DNA of 64,000 nt from Myxococcales bacterium UBA1203 (GTDB taxonomy: Bacteria > Myxococcota > Myxococcia > Myxococcales > UBA5297). The notes under the pieces are model-generated. The model made no database searches. It worked only from the letters and a program-made list of their open reading frames with translations, and was not told where the DNA came from. Below, one piece after another: positions 17,949 through 28,532 of this stretch. How positions within the stretch are numbered: position 1 is the stretch's first letter; every line of letters starts with the position of its first letter. The stretch lies in contig DBXV01000025.1 in NCBI GenBank assembly GCA_002309695.1, forward strand, positions 154,032 to 218,031. The letters run 5' to 3'. Both the position numbers and the translations under genes were made by a program.

Positions 17949-19829
17949 TCAGCGCATATTCATCAGGAGATTCACCGCGCCCGGAATCTGGCAGACGTTG
18001 AGCTGAGAAACGTCGGGGAAATCCAGGCACAGATAGCTGCCAAACAGGAAATCGCAGTAGCCGGAGCTGCACTCGTTCATCTCGACGCAGTCCTCCCCAT
18101 TCTTCTTGAGCTCATGGCAGAAGCGAATTTCCCCTTCATCAGCCGCCGCCTGGAACTCCTCGGTGATTTCCGCAAGCAGGTCCTGATCCGCCAGACAAGC
18201 CTCATACTCGGAGTCGTCGAGGCTCTCGCAGTATGCGCCAAGCACTTCGGCCGCCATAACCGGAATCACCTTTTGCAGCTCGGCCTCCGAAGCGGCGTCA
18301 CAGAATGAAGTGGCGGGATTGCAGCTCTCCTCGCGGCCGTCAGGAACGGCGCACATTTCACCCTTTTCGAGATACTGAGCGACGCAGTGAGCGAGGGGAG
18401 TCGAACCAGGCTCCGGATCGGCCGTCGGATCGTCAGCCTCGCAACTCAGCCCTGACTTGCACAGGTCTGTACCCAGAGACAAATCGCACTTGTCGCCCTT
18501 GTTCAGCTGCGCGTAGCACTTGCCCAAGGTGATATCATAATCCTCCAGCTCATCATTCCATTGCTCGCTATAACCGACACATTCGGCAAAATTCACACAG
18601 TCGCCGTCGTATCTGCAGTCCCCGCCAATGTCTGACAAGCCCCGTGACGTTGCGCAAATGGGCGTCTCCAGAGACAGATCGCACTCAGTCATGCATGCGG
18701 TGCCGACGATACACGCATCTCCCGGGAAGCCGAGAATCATATCAGCGCAGACGCCATAGTAATCCTCATTCACAGGATAATCTTCGTCACAGAAATCGCT
18801 GACACACTGACTGTCGGAATTACAGGGCTGGCCGTTGGCCTTTTTGGCTGCGCATTTATACGTGCCCGATTCCTCATCCTCCTCGGCGAATCCCGACTCG
18901 CAATACGAAGAGCTGCAATGAGAACCATCGATGCAGTAACTCTCGCCTGTCGCGAGTTTGGGCCTGCACTCATAGTCAAAACAGAAAAATCCTTTGGCGC
19001 AGGGCAGGCTGCTTCCGTCACAATAATCGCCTTCTTCCGTCCCCGGAGCCGTGCAGGTGCCCCGATAGCAGAGAAGACCATCCGCACACACGGTTGAGGA
19101 AGAGCAGTGCTCGCCCTCGTCCTTCAGCGCCACGCAAACGCCGCCGCAGGTCAGAGGCGTATTGCCCGCGCAGAAACCATTCTTACATTCGTAATTCAGG
19201 GCGCATTCCTGACCGATCTCCAATTTGGGATCGGCAATATAAGGCAGGAAAATATACAGGCTGTCCACGAATCCATGGGCATTCTCAAATTCCTCCTGAT
19301 GCGCCGTATAGAATTTATAAGCGTCCTCGACGAGCGCGGAGCAAGCGGGGATTTTCTCGCGCGTCAGCATCGGGAACAGCACGTCGGCGTCCACCATCGT
19401 GCAGATGTCACCGCTGTCGGCCAGCGCATCCATCGCCTCGGCAGCGCCCAGAATCTCGTCCAGACAGGGCGTAATTTTGTCCCATTTGATGTCGAGACGC
19501 CCGCTGACCAGTTCTTCCTCAATAACCGGGAGCGCGGGCTCAATCAGCGCCAAATACGGCTCAACCTGGCCTTTAATGAGCGATTCATCCTCAGAACAGG
19601 ACGCAATGCGGACGACGTTCTTTTTCACCAAAGCGGCAATCCGCTCGAGATACTTCATCGCCAGGCTTTTATCGGGGGGAGGAGGAGGCTGGATACCGGC
19701 GTCATCGTCCACAATACCGGCGTCATCAATATCGATGGCGGGGCATTCATTGGATTTGCAGTCACTGCCGCAGGCAGCGGCGCCAAAAAGTGCCATCGAA
19801 GCAGCAAATGTCAGTGCGGTTTTCCTCAT
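17949..19829 (-). CDS. Cysteine-rich secreted lipoprotein
   Basis: Start at ATG 19829: MRKTALTFAASMALFGAAAC-GSD (lipobox). The C-terminal 400 aa contain many repeats of the type GxxCxxxxxCxxGxC. Confidence 0.7.
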   Translation of the reverse strand: MRKTALTFAASMALFGAAACGSDCKSNECPAIDIDDAGIVDDDAGIQPPPPPDKSLAMKYLERIAALVKKNVVRIASCSEDESLIKGQVEPYLALIEPALPVIEEELVSGRLDIKWDKITPCLDEILGAAEAMDALADSGDICTMVDADVLFPMLTREKIPACSALVEDAYKFYTAHQEEFENAHGFVDSLYIFLPYIADPKLEIGQECALNYECKNGFCAGNTPLTCGGVCVALKDEGEHCSSSTVCADGLLCYRGTCTAPGTEEGDYCDGSSLPCAKGFFCFDYECRPKLATGESYCIDGSHCSSSYCESGFAEEDEESGTYKCAAKKANGQPCNSDSQCVSDFCDEDYPVNEDYYGVCADMILGFPGDACIVGTACMTECDLSLETPICATSRGLSDIGGDCRYDGDCVNFAECVGYSEQWNDELEDYDITLGKCYAQLNKGDKCDLSLGTDLCKSGLSCEADDPTADPEPGSTPLAHCVAQYLEKGEMCAVPDGREESCNPATSFCDAASEAELQKVIPVMAAEVLGAYCESLDDSEYEACLADQDLLAEITEEFQAAADEGEIRFCHELKKNGEDCVEMNECSSGYCDFLFGSYLCLDFPDVSQLNVCQIPGAVNLLMNMR

Positions 19830-20058
19830 TTTGGAAATCCTTTCATGCAGGGGTAAACAAGAAAAGCGGCTCGGGCGAAGGGGCACCCGAACCGCGGTGA
19901 GAACAGCTGACGGGAGATTATGCAATAACAGCGCCCAAAATAATACGTCACAAAAATAATACTTCATGTATTGTGCATATAATCAGGCGTCCCTATGCAG
20001 AACCTCATACAGCGCAAATATCTTCTGTGTCAGCGGCACTAAAACTAAAGAATCTTTC

Positions 20059-20100
20059 AAAAAAATAACGGAATCTCCCTCTGATGAAGGAGATTCCGTT
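20059..20100 (-). terminator. Rho-independent terminator downstream of rplQ
   Basis: Minus strand: aacggaatctcc-loop-ggagattccgtt followed by atttttttt. Confidence 0.65.
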
Positions 20101-20202
20101 CTCTTTTGAAACGGTGCTGCAGCTTTTGAAAAGCCCGCTTTGAATGCCGCGGCGGGCCGGCAAAAGCGGCAGCGTTATCAACAAGTCTGCCTGCTGCCGA
20201 AC

Positions 20203-20637
20203 TCAGGCCTCGGCAGGCTGAGCTTCGGCGGCCGCATCGGCCTCAGCCGCAGGAGCAGCGGCTTTCACCTTCGGTTTGGGAGTGTAGTCCACCAGCTGAA
20301 TAATCGCCATCGGCGAAGCATCGCTGGCACGGAAGCCCGTCTTCAAAATCCGGGTGTAGCCGCCATTGCGGTCCTTCATCCGGGGAGCAATGTCCGTGAA
20401 GAGCTTCTTGAGCACATCCTTCTGGCGAATAGTGCGGAACACCAGGCTGCGGGAATAATCCGTATTCGCCTTGCCGAGGGTAATCAGCTTCTCGACGATG
20501 GGACGCAGCTCCTTGGCCTTGGGGAGCGTGGTAACAATCGACTCGTGCCGCAGCATCGAAGTCGCCAGGTTTTTCATCAGCGCGTGATAGTGGGAGCGCG
20601 TGCGGTTGAACTTTCTTCCGACGATTCCGTGACGCAT
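20203..20637 (-). CDS. rplQ: 50S ribosomal protein L17
   Basis: MRHGIVGRKFNRTRSHYHALMKNL. Ala/Pro-rich C-terminal tail. Synteny after rpoA. Confidence 0.9.
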   Translation of the reverse strand: MRHGIVGRKFNRTRSHYHALMKNLATSMLRHESIVTTLPKAKELRPIVEKLITLGKANTDYSRSLVFRTIRQKDVLKKLFTDIAPRMKDRNGGYTRILKTGFRASDASPMAIIQLVDYTPKPKVKAAAPAAEADAAAEAQPAEA

Positions 20638-20778
20638 TTTGTCCTGCCTTCCATCTTTCAAAAGGACGCCGTCTCAGCGAAGGCGTCATTCGTTTTAATT
20701 TCCAATTGGCTGAGAGTCCGTTGGATGCGGAATCCCGCCTTTAGAATTTCCGGGGGAATAAAAACAATTTCGGCCGGC

Positions 20779-21903
20779 TCAGGAATCACCGTCCGCATCA
20801 TCGCCATAGGCGTCATCATCGCCGCCATCATCATCCAGCCTGGCTTCCGTCCGTCCGCCCGCTTCCGCGAACAGCTCAGCCGCGGACGGAACCATCACAG
20901 GCTGAGCGCCATTCTTCGGCGGCCACTGCTCCAGCTTCATGCCGAGCGACAGTCCCATCTCAGCCAGAAGTTCCTTGATTTCCTTCAGGCTCTTCCGACC
21001 GAAATTCTTGGTCTTCAGCATCTCGGTCTCAGTCCGCTGGACCAGGTCCCCGATGGTGCGGATATTCGCCTGCTGGAGGCAATTCGCCGAACGAACGGAG
21101 AGCTCAAGCTCCTCGACCGAGCGGAACAGGTTCTCGTTCACCTTTTCCTCGGCTTCGGGCTGCGGCACGACCACAGGCTCCTCCGTCTCATCAAAATTGA
21201 TGAACGGCTGGACCTGCTCCTTGATGATTTTCGCAGCGTAGGCGACCGCATCCGTCGGCGTGACAGAGCCATCCGTCCAGACTTCCAGCGTCAGCTTGTC
21301 GTAGTCCGTCTGCTGGCCGACACGCGCATTGGTCACCAGATAATTGACCTTCTGAATGGGCGAAAAGAGCGAATCGATGGGAATGGTTCCAATCGGATTG
21401 TTCGGCAGCTTGTTTTTGTCGGCGGAAACATAGCCGCGGCCGCATCTGCAGGACATTTCCATGTGAACATGCCCTGCCGCCCCGAGCGTCATCAAATGCA
21501 GGTCTGGATTGAGGATTTCAACGTCCTGGTCCGTCTGGATGTCGCCCGCCGTGACATCTTTGGGCCCCTGGACATCAATCACGAGCGTTTTGACATCGCC
21601 GGAATGCTGACGAAGGCGGACTTCCTTGAGATTCAGAATAATGTCCGTCACATCCTCGGAAACATCGGGAATTGTGCTGAACTCGTGGTCCACGCCCTCA
21701 ATTTTAACCGATGAAATAGCCGCGCCCTGAAGAGAGGACAGCAAAACGCGGCGAAGGCTGTTGCCCAAAGTCGTTCCGAAGCCGCGCTCCAGCGGCTCGG
21801 CCACAAACTTCCCGTAGGTCGGCGTCAGAGTCTTTTCATCGATGGAAATACCGCGGGGTTTAATTAAATCCCGCCAGTTTTTTGATGTATTGGCGTCCGC
21901 CAT
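20779..21903 (-). CDS. rpoA: DNA-directed RNA polymerase subunit alpha
   Basis: [22 protein letters not shown]... in the NTD. CTD helix-hairpin-helix [23 protein letters not shown]. Carries a 45-aa acidic tail. Confidence 0.95.
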   Translation of the reverse strand: MADANTSKNWRDLIKPRGISIDEKTLTPTYGKFVAEPLERGFGTTLGNSLRRVLLSSLQGAAISSVKIEGVDHEFSTIPDVSEDVTDIILNLKEVRLRQHSGDVKTLVIDVQGPKDVTAGDIQTDQDVEILNPDLHLMTLGAAGHVHMEMSCRCGRGYVSADKNKLPNNPIGTIPIDSLFSPIQKVNYLVTNARVGQQTDYDKLTLEVWTDGSVTPTDAVAYAAKIIKEQVQPFINFDETEEPVVVPQPEAEEKVNENLFRSVEELELSVRSANCLQQANIRTIGDLVQRTETEMLKTKNFGRKSLKEIKELLAEMGLSLGMKLEQWPPKNGAQPVMVPSAAELFAEAGGRTEARLDDDGGDDDAYGDDADGDS

Positions 21904-22121
21904 GACTGTTCCTTCCTGCCGGGGACGATGGGGCTAAAACCCAAAGTACTGCCCGGCTGTCCTCAAAGATGCCTGCCGCCCTCCCCGAGGACCGGTTTCA
22001 TTGACAATCGCGCCTCCAGGGCCAGCGCGGACATTTCCCGGATGCGCAGAAAAAAGAAAACATGCTGACGATTGTTTCTGGCAATCCCCGGCATGATTTC
22101 TTTGGTATGATTGCTTTCTGT

Positions 22122-22161
22122 AAAACAAAACAATGCCCGGAAGCATTTCTGAACCGGGCAT
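22122..22161 (-). terminator. Terminator-like hairpin in the 295-nt rpsD-rpoA spacer
   Basis: Minus strand: atgcccgg-ttcagaaatgctt-ccgggcat followed by tgttttgtttt. Confidence 0.4.
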
Positions 22162-22198
22162 CGTCGAAAGTAAAACAACCAGAACAACGACTGAACAA

Positions 22199-22825
22199 CT
22201 ATTTTGAATACAACTCGACAATCAGCTGCTCATTGATGGGCATCGTGATGTCTTCGCGCGTCGGAACAGTCTTGATGGTCGCTTTGAACGCCTTCTTGTC
22301 CGTCTCAATCCAGCCAGGAATCCCGCGGCGGTCCACGGCTTCCAGTGCCTCATTGATGCGGACAATCTTGCGGCTGGAATCGCGCACCTCAACAATATCG
22401 CCCTGGGAAACCATATAGGAGGGGATATTGACGCGCTTGCCGTTCACATTGAAATGGCCATGGCGAACCAGCTGGCGGGCCTCATTGCGAGTATCGGCAA
22501 AGCCGGCGCGGAAAACAACGTTGTCCAGCCGAAGCTCAAGGGCCTGCAGCAGATTCTCGCCCGGCTTGCCCTTCTTGGCGGCCGCACGGTCATAGAACAG
22601 GGAGAACTGCTTCTCCAGCAGGCCATACATGCGCTTCACTTTCTGCTTTTCACGCAGCTGGACGCCATATTCGCTGAATTTAACACGGCCCTGGCCATGC
22701 TGCCCGGGGGGATAGGGGCGCCGTTCGATAGCGCATTTGTCGCTGTAGCAACGATCACCCTTGAGATACATTTTCAGATTTTCACGCCGGCAAATATGGC
22801 AGGCGCTTTCCGTTGAACGAGCCAA
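22199..22825 (-). CDS. rpsD: 30S ribosomal protein S4 (with N-terminal zinc-ribbon cysteines)
   Basis: CHICRRE...CYSDKC and PGQHGQ motifs. Synteny. Confidence 0.95.
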   Translation of the reverse strand: MARSTESACHICRRENLKMYLKGDRCYSDKCAIERRPYPPGQHGQGRVKFSEYGVQLREKQKVKRMYGLLEKQFSLFYDRAAAKKGKPGENLLQALELRLDNVVFRAGFADTRNEARQLVRHGHFNVNGKRVNIPSYMVSQGDIVEVRDSSRKIVRINEALEAVDRRGIPGWIETDKKAFKATIKTVPTREDITMPINEQLIVELYSK

Positions 22826-22904
22826 GGTTTTACTCCTTGCACAAAAATAATGAAAACTGATCGTCTGAAATTCGATTCACAGACCGACCTGAGGTGGGCT
22901 GATA

Positions 22905-23393
22905 TTAAACGCGGCGGCGCTTGGGAGGACGGCACCCGTTATGAGGAATCGGGGTGACATCGCGGACAAGCGTGATTTTCAGTCCGGCAGCAGCCAGAGC
23001 ACGCAGCGCAGATTCACGGCCGCCGCCGGGGCCTTTCACCAGAACAGTCACATTGCGCAAGCCATGCTCCATGGCCTTGGCGGCAGCATCTCCAGCCGCG
23101 ACCTGAGCCGCAAAGGGAGTGGACTTGCGCGAGCCGCGGAAGCCGCGCGCGCCGGAAGTGGACCACGAAATGACATTTCCGGAGACATCCGAAATTGTGA
23201 CAATCGTGTTATTAAAAGAGCTCTGAATATGAACAACACCATTCAAAATGTTCTTCTTCAGATGCTTCTTGCCCTTTTTGGGAGTGACCGCAGAAGCGGT
23301 GATAACAGGTGCTGCATCCAGATTTGGAACGGAAGGCCCCTTGTCGGCGGGAGCTGCGGCTTCCTTCTTCTCATCAACCATGTGCTGCCTCAT
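22905..23393 (-). CDS. rpsK: 30S ribosomal protein S11 (about 30 aa N-terminal extension)
   Basis: [30 protein letters not shown]. Synteny. Confidence 0.9.
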   Translation of the reverse strand: MRQHMVDEKKEAAAPADKGPSVPNLDAAPVITASAVTPKKGKKHLKKNILNGVVHIQSSFNNTIVTISDVSGNVISWSTSGARGFRGSRKSTPFAAQVAAGDAAAKAMEHGLRNVTVLVKGPGGGRESALRALAAAGLKITLVRDVTPIPHNGCRPPKRRRV

Positions 23394-23479
23394 AAAAATT
23401 GCGCGTCCGCATCTAGGGACACGACGTGATCAAAGCCCAGCTTCACTTCCGCAAAGCCGAGCCCAAATATCAAACCGCA

Positions 23480-23857
23480 TCAACGAGCCGCCGGAGCCTT
23501 GCGGGCCACACCGTGTTTCGGCCCCTTCCGCGTGCGGGCATTGGTATGCGTCCTCTGGCCCCGAACGGGCAGGCCGCGCCGATGACGAAGTCCGCGATAG
23601 CACCCGAGATCCATCAAACGCTTGATATTCATGGAAATCTCACGGCGCAGATCGCCTTCAACCTTGTAACCGGTGTCAATAACTTCACGAATCCGCCGAA
23701 GCTCTTCTTCAGAAAGATCGTCAGAGCGGCTGTCCACGGAAACCCCAGCGCTCTCGCAAATTTTCGACGCAGCGGTACGCCCGATGCCAAAAATATAGGT
23801 CAGCGCAATCCCAATCTTTTTATCACGCGGCAGGTCAACGCCGCTAACACGTGCCAT
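23480..23857 (-). CDS. rpsM: 30S ribosomal protein S13
   Basis: [26 protein letters not shown]. Start at ATG 23857. Confidence 0.9.
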   Translation of the reverse strand: MARVSGVDLPRDKKIGIALTYIFGIGRTAASKICESAGVSVDSRSDDLSEEELRRIREVIDTGYKVEGDLRREISMNIKRLMDLGCYRGLRHRRGLPVRGQRTHTNARTRKGPKHGVARKAPAAR

Positions 23858-23911
23858 GGCTTTCTGTACTCCTTCAACGAGGCAATGAGCGCCTTTCAAA
23901 AAAACAAAACA

Positions 23912-24028
23912 TCAACCCTGACGCTGCTTATGGCGCGGATTAGCCTTGCAAATCACACGCACCACGCCCTTACGGCGAATGATTTTGCACTTGTCGCAAA
24001 CTTTCTTTACCGACGCTCTTACCTTCAT
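23912..24028 (-). CDS. rpmJ: 50S ribosomal protein L36 (38 aa; below the ORF-track size cutoff)
   Basis: Hand translation of the minus strand gives [38 protein letters not shown]. Canonical position between infA and rpsM. Confidence 0.9.
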   Translation of the reverse strand: MKVRASVKKVCDKCKIIRRKGVVRVICKANPRHKQRQG

Positions 24029-24096
24029 GTTTATACTCCAGTCGTCATACAAAAGACGACACAATCAACCCCAAAAACAACCAGCTTCCATGCTTC

Positions 24097-24390
24097 TCAT
24101 TTATAGCGATAAACGATGCGAGCTAAAAACAAGTCCTTATTTTCGACATCCTTGTTTTTTGAATTCAGCATTCGCTTCAGCTCTTCATCGTTTTTCAGGG
24201 GCGGCATTTCCAATCGAACCTTATCGCCTTCCAGGATTCTGATGTAATGTTGCCGCATTTTCCCGCTGATATTCGCCAATACCTTACAACCCGCAATACA
24301 GGACTTGTCTGTCAGCTCCACCAGAAACTTAGCATCCCGACACACCTGAATCACTTTCCCGTCGTACTCTATAGAATCGTCCTTTGACAT
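24097..24390 (-). CDS. infA: Translation initiation factor IF-1 (atypically long, 97 aa)
   Basis: [18 protein letters not shown] and the C-terminal ARIVYRYK match IF-1. Position is between adk and rpmJ. Confidence 0.8.
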   Translation of the reverse strand: MSKDDSIEYDGKVIQVCRDAKFLVELTDKSCIAGCKVLANISGKMRQHYIRILEGDKVRLEMPPLKNDEELKRMLNSKNKDVENKDLFLARIVYRYK

Positions 24391-24505
24391 GACCTCTCGC
24401 GTTCTTCCAGAGAAAAAACTCAGCTCTTCTAGCAGACTTCTGCGAACTTTGCAAGCTTTTTCTCACACAGTTGGATGGACAGGCAAACCCACCAAAGGCC
24501 AGTCT

Positions 24506-25153
24506 TCAGGAAGACCTCAGTTTACGGCTCACCATTGCATAAACTTCCTCGCTTCCGCCCCTGCCGTCCACGGGAAACAGCAAACCTTTCTGGTCATAGT
24601 AACCCGCCAGCGGCATCGTCTTCTCCAAATACTGCTTATATCTCTCGATGATCTTTTCAGGCTTGTCATCATCGCGCTGAATCAAGTCGGCGCCGCACTT
24701 GTCACACTTGCCCGCAATCTTAGGGGGATAGTTGGTTGCATGATAGACGGAACCATCCCGCGGACAGCTCAGACGGCCGCCGATGCGCTCGACAACAATT
24801 TCTTCCGTAACCTGGATAGATACAACGCAATCGATTTGGCGCCCCACAGAAGCCAGCATCTCGTCCAGAGCCTCTGCCTGAGCGACCGTGCGGGGAAAAC
24901 CATCAAAAATAATTCCCCGTCCCGCAGGAATGCCGCGCAGCCATTCCTGAATAATACCGTTCACAATGTTATCAGGAACCAGCTTCCCGGCATCCATCAG
25001 AGGCTTGGCGATTTTGCCGAGTTCAGTGCCGTCCTTAATGGCCTTGCGCAGCATATCCCCCGTCGATGCATGGATAACATCAAAGTCCCTGATCAGCCAT
25101 TGCGCCAAAGTGCCTTTTCCTGCAGCGGGCGGACCTAAAAGAATAATATCCAT
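24506..25153 (-). CDS. adk: Adenylate kinase (long lid with Cys/Asp metal site)
   Basis: P-loop GPPAAGKGT. Lid region CPRDGSVYH...CDKCG. Confidence 0.9.
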   Translation of the reverse strand: MDIILLGPPAAGKGTLAQWLIRDFDVIHASTGDMLRKAIKDGTELGKIAKPLMDAGKLVPDNIVNGIIQEWLRGIPAGRGIIFDGFPRTVAQAEALDEMLASVGRQIDCVVSIQVTEEIVVERIGGRLSCPRDGSVYHATNYPPKIAGKCDKCGADLIQRDDDKPEKIIERYKQYLEKTMPLAGYYDQKGLLFPVDGRGGSEEVYAMVSRKLRSS

Positions 25154-25176
25154 GACATTTATCCCTTATCAAAAAA

Positions 25177-26571
25177 TCAGGCGGCAGGCAGCCGGGGGGC
25201 AGAGCGTCCGCGAATCCGAGGGCCATGTGCCCCAGTGAAGCCTTCATAGTTGCGAGTGATCAAATGACCTTCAATCTGCTGCACAGTGTCCAATGCCACA
25301 CCGACGACGATGAGAAGGCTCGTCCCGCCGAAATAAAAGGAAACACCGAAGTAATTCATAATAATCGTCGGAAGCACGCAAACCAAGGACAAATAAATCG
25401 CACCACCGAACGTAATCCGCGTCAAAACCTTGTCGATATAATCAGAAGTCTGCTTCCCCGGACGAACGCCCGGGATGTATCCCCCGTGCTTCTTTAAGTT
25501 ATCAGCCACATCGACAGGATTGAAAGTGACCGCCGTATAAAAATAAGCAAAGAAGATAATCAGGGCGACATAAATCGAGTTATAAATCCAGCCGCCGCGA
25601 TTCAGGACTTCTGAAACATTCTTCAAAGCAGGAATCCATCCGCCGACCGTCGCAGGAAACATCAAAATAGAGGACGCAAAAATAGGCGGAATAACTCCCG
25701 AAGTGTTAACTTTCAGCGGCAAATGCGTGGACTGACCGCCGTAAATTTTCTTGCCGACAACGCGCTTGGCATATTGAATGGGAATTCGTCTCTGTCCCCG
25801 CTCAAAAAACACAATGAATGCAATCGTAGCAATCATTAAAACGCCAAGGAACAGCATTTTTCCGGGGTTCACTTCTTCATTGCCGCTTCTCATCTGCATA
25901 AAGGTCTGAACAGTCGCATCCGGAAGGCGCGCCACAATACCGGCAAAAATAATCAGGGAGATTCCATTGCCGATGCCGCGCTCCGTGATTTGTTCGCCAA
26001 GCCACATGATAAAAGCGGTTCCCGCTGTCAGCGTCAGAACCGTGAGAAGGCGAAAGCCCCAGCCTGGCGTGTGGACGACTTCCAGTCCCGCAGCCATACG
26101 CCCCATGGCGGGATCCGTTCCCTTGCCAATGCTTTCCAGATAGAAGGCAATGCTGAATCCCTGAATGACAGACAGCAGAATCGTCCCATACCGCGTATAT
26201 TGAGTAATTTTGCGGCGGCCCAGCTCGCCTTCCTTCTGCAGCTTTTCAAGGGCAGGAATAACAACCCCCAGCAGCTGCATAATAATGCTTGAGGAAATAT
26301 ACGGCATAATTCCCAAAGCAAAAATAGACAAATGCTCAAGCGCGCCGCCAGAAAACAAGTTGAACAGCGAAAGAAGACCACCCGCAGACTCAAGGTAGCT
26401 CTTCATCGCCACACGATCTACGCCGGGCGTTGTAACAAAAATCCCTAAACGGTAGATAGCGAGTAAGGCGAGCGAAAACAGCAGACGCTTCCGAAGCTCG
26501 GCAATGCGAAATATATTTGCGATGCGATTGAGCAAAGAGACCTCCGACGCCCGAATATCCCGAAACCCCAT
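25177..26571 (-). CDS. secY: Preprotein translocase subunit SecY
   Basis: [27 protein letters not shown] and about 10 TM segments. Synteny between rplO and adk. Confidence 0.9.
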   Translation of the reverse strand: MGFRDIRASEVSLLNRIANIFRIAELRKRLLFSLALLAIYRLGIFVTTPGVDRVAMKSYLESAGGLLSLFNLFSGGALEHLSIFALGIMPYISSSIIMQLLGVVIPALEKLQKEGELGRRKITQYTRYGTILLSVIQGFSIAFYLESIGKGTDPAMGRMAAGLEVVHTPGWGFRLLTVLTLTAGTAFIMWLGEQITERGIGNGISLIIFAGIVARLPDATVQTFMQMRSGNEEVNPGKMLFLGVLMIATIAFIVFFERGQRRIPIQYAKRVVGKKIYGGQSTHLPLKVNTSGVIPPIFASSILMFPATVGGWIPALKNVSEVLNRGGWIYNSIYVALIIFFAYFYTAVTFNPVDVADNLKKHGGYIPGVRPGKQTSDYIDKVLTRITFGGAIYLSLVCVLPTIIMNYFGVSFYFGGTSLLIVVGVALDTVQQIEGHLITRNYEGFTGAHGPRIRGRSAPRLPAA

Positions 26572-26717
26572 TCAGAATTGCACCTGAAATGTTTTCGAGA
26601 GGGCAATGTCTCACAAAACTACATACGGCAAAAAGATACGATCACATCTGACTGAATACAGGCATGATGTGATCGCATCCCAAATATCGCCTGTGGGCAG
26701 GTTTTATCTTCAAAACC

Positions 26718-27248
26718 TCAGGAATTTTTAGCTGATTTTGCTTTGGCATTTTTGCGGAAGCGGAATCCCTCACCGCGCTTCGGCAAATTCAGCTTCTTAT
26801 CCTCGATCAGCGTTACCGTACCGCCCGCCTTCTCAATGGCAACCCGAGCACTTTCGCTGACGCGATGGGCAGAAATCTTCAGGGCCTTGGACAACTGACC
26901 ATTCCCTAAAATTTTAATTCCGCCCTTCAGGTCCTTCACAATGCCGTGGTTGACCAAGGCCTCGGGATCGACGCTGTCGCCCGCATCAAAGCAATGGTCG
27001 AGCATGCTCAGATTGACCTCGGCAAAGTCGCGGCGGAACGGATTGAAAAAGCCAAACTTCGGGAAGCGGCGCTGCATAGGCATCTGACCGCCTTCAAAGC
27101 CCTCGAAGTGCATATTGCCCGTACGAGCCTTTTGGCCTTTTCCGCCGCGCCCTGCCGTCTTGCCCCAGCCGGAACCCTGGCCGCGGCCAACCCGCTTCTT
27201 GGAATGGCGTGAATTTTTGGGCGCCTTCAAATCTGAAAGAGAATACAT
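26718..27248 (-). CDS. rplO: 50S ribosomal protein L15 (basic C-terminal extension)
   Basis: [26 protein letters not shown]. Confidence 0.9.
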   Translation of the reverse strand: MYSLSDLKAPKNSRHSKKRVGRGQGSGWGKTAGRGGKGQKARTGNMHFEGFEGGQMPMQRRFPKFGFFNPFRRDFAEVNLSMLDHCFDAGDSVDPEALVNHGIVKDLKGGIKILGNGQLSKALKISAHRVSESARVAIEKAGGTVTLIEDKKLNLPKRGEGFRFRKNAKAKSAKNS

Positions 27249-27290
27249 CTTCGTTCTCCAAAAAATCTTGAGCGATTAAACAAGATTGAA

Positions 27291-27491
27291 TCAGGACTTG
27301 GCAGAAATATCTTCCACCTTTTCCCACTCAACCATGTGCTGGAGCTTTCGGCACATACCAATGGTGGCCGGTGTATCCGGGAGGATGCGCTCCTGATTCA
27401 TCCGATAGAGGCCGAGGCCCTTCAGAATAGCCAGCTGATCATGTGAACGACCTGCGCGGCTACGAACGAGTTTCACCTTAATGGCTGACAT
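27291..27491 (-). CDS. rpmD: 50S ribosomal protein L30
   Basis: IKVKLVRSRAGRSHDQLAILKGLGL. Synteny. Confidence 0.9.
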   Translation of the reverse strand: MSAIKVKLVRSRAGRSHDQLAILKGLGLYRMNQERILPDTPATIGMCRKLQHMVEWEKVEDISAKS

Positions 27492-27530
27492 CTTTTGACT
27501 CCTTGGCGTGAGCGGCTATTCAGAATCAAA

Positions 27531-28034
27531 TTACAATTCCTGAACATCCCGACCACGGATTGCCGCAACGGCCTCGCGGCTCTTGAGCGACTTCAGACCG
27601 GCGACAACGGCCTTAACAACATTGTGCGGATTTCGGCTTCCCTGGCATTTGGTCAATATGTCACGAATGCCAGCGGCTTCAATGACGGCACGAACGGGGC
27701 CGCCGGCAATAACGCCAGTTCCTTCGAAAGCGGGCTTCAGCAGGACGCGTCCCGAGCCAAAATGTCCCAAGACCTCATGCGGAATGGTGCTGCCGTCCAG
27801 AGGAACAGAAAAAATGTTCTTCTTCGCCTGTTCCCCACCCTTGCGGATAGCCTCGGGAACCTCATTGGCTTTTCCAAGCCCGATTCCCACATGGCCCGCA
27901 CCATCACCAACGACAACGAGCGCCGAGAAGGAAAAACGCCGGCCGCCTTTGACAACTTTCGCCACACGATTGATGTGAACGACGCGGTCCGTAAGTTCCA
28001 AATCACTTGAATTCATTGATTTCTCCAAAACCAT
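27531..28034 (-). CDS. rpsE: 30S ribosomal protein S5
   Basis: [28 protein letters not shown]. Confidence 0.9.
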   Translation of the reverse strand: MVLEKSMNSSDLELTDRVVHINRVAKVVKGGRRFSFSALVVVGDGAGHVGIGLGKANEVPEAIRKGGEQAKKNIFSVPLDGSTIPHEVLGHFGSGRVLLKPAFEGTGVIAGGPVRAVIEAAGIRDILTKCQGSRNPHNVVKAVVAGLKSLKSREAVAAIRGRDVQEL

Positions 28035-28093
28035 TCTCCTTGTCTGAAACGTCTCTGAACTGAGATGAAACAGACCTTTTCAAGGGCTGGAAC

Positions 28094-28462
28094 TTAAAAG
28101 TCCAGGCCGGCCTTGCGCGCAGCCTCGGCGACGGCCGAAACCCGTCCGTGATACGGATACCCGTTTCGATCAAACACAACTGTCGTAATGTTTTTCTCGG
28201 CACAACGCTGCGCCAACAAGGCACCAACTTTTCCAGCAATCTCGGTTTTGTTGGTCTTCGCGTCCTTCAGTGACTCCCGAAGCGCCTTGTCCAAATCACT
28301 CGCGCAGGCCAGCGTCTCGCCCGAAAAATCATCAACGACCTGTGCATAGGTGTGCTTCAAACTTTTATACACCGTCAGACGCGGACGATCAGGAGAACCA
28401 AAAACCTTTTTACGAATGCGCGCCTTGCGCTTCATCCAACTGTCTGTTGACTTTGTCGACAT
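28094..28462 (-). CDS. rplR: 50S ribosomal protein L18
   Basis: RPRLTVYKSLKHTYAQVVDD...VVFDRNGYPYHGRV. Confidence 0.9.
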   Translation of the reverse strand: MSTKSTDSWMKRKARIRKKVFGSPDRPRLTVYKSLKHTYAQVVDDFSGETLACASDLDKALRESLKDAKTNKTEIAGKVGALLAQRCAEKNITTVVFDRNGYPYHGRVSAVAEAARKAGLDF

Positions 28463-28532
28463 GACTTTGTGACTCCTTCGAGTGCTTGTCTGGAGAAAAA
28501 CACTCGATGAGAAAATAAATCAAAAGGCTGAA

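Noticed and set aside
20140-21714. 524-aa ORF on the plus strand
   Set aside because: It is antisense to rplQ and rpoA.
21934-22221. Small ORFs (66-95 aa) in the rpsD-rpoA spacer
   Set aside because: They overlap each other in different frames, have Cys/Phe-rich improbable products, and have no RBS. The spacer is better explained as non-coding.
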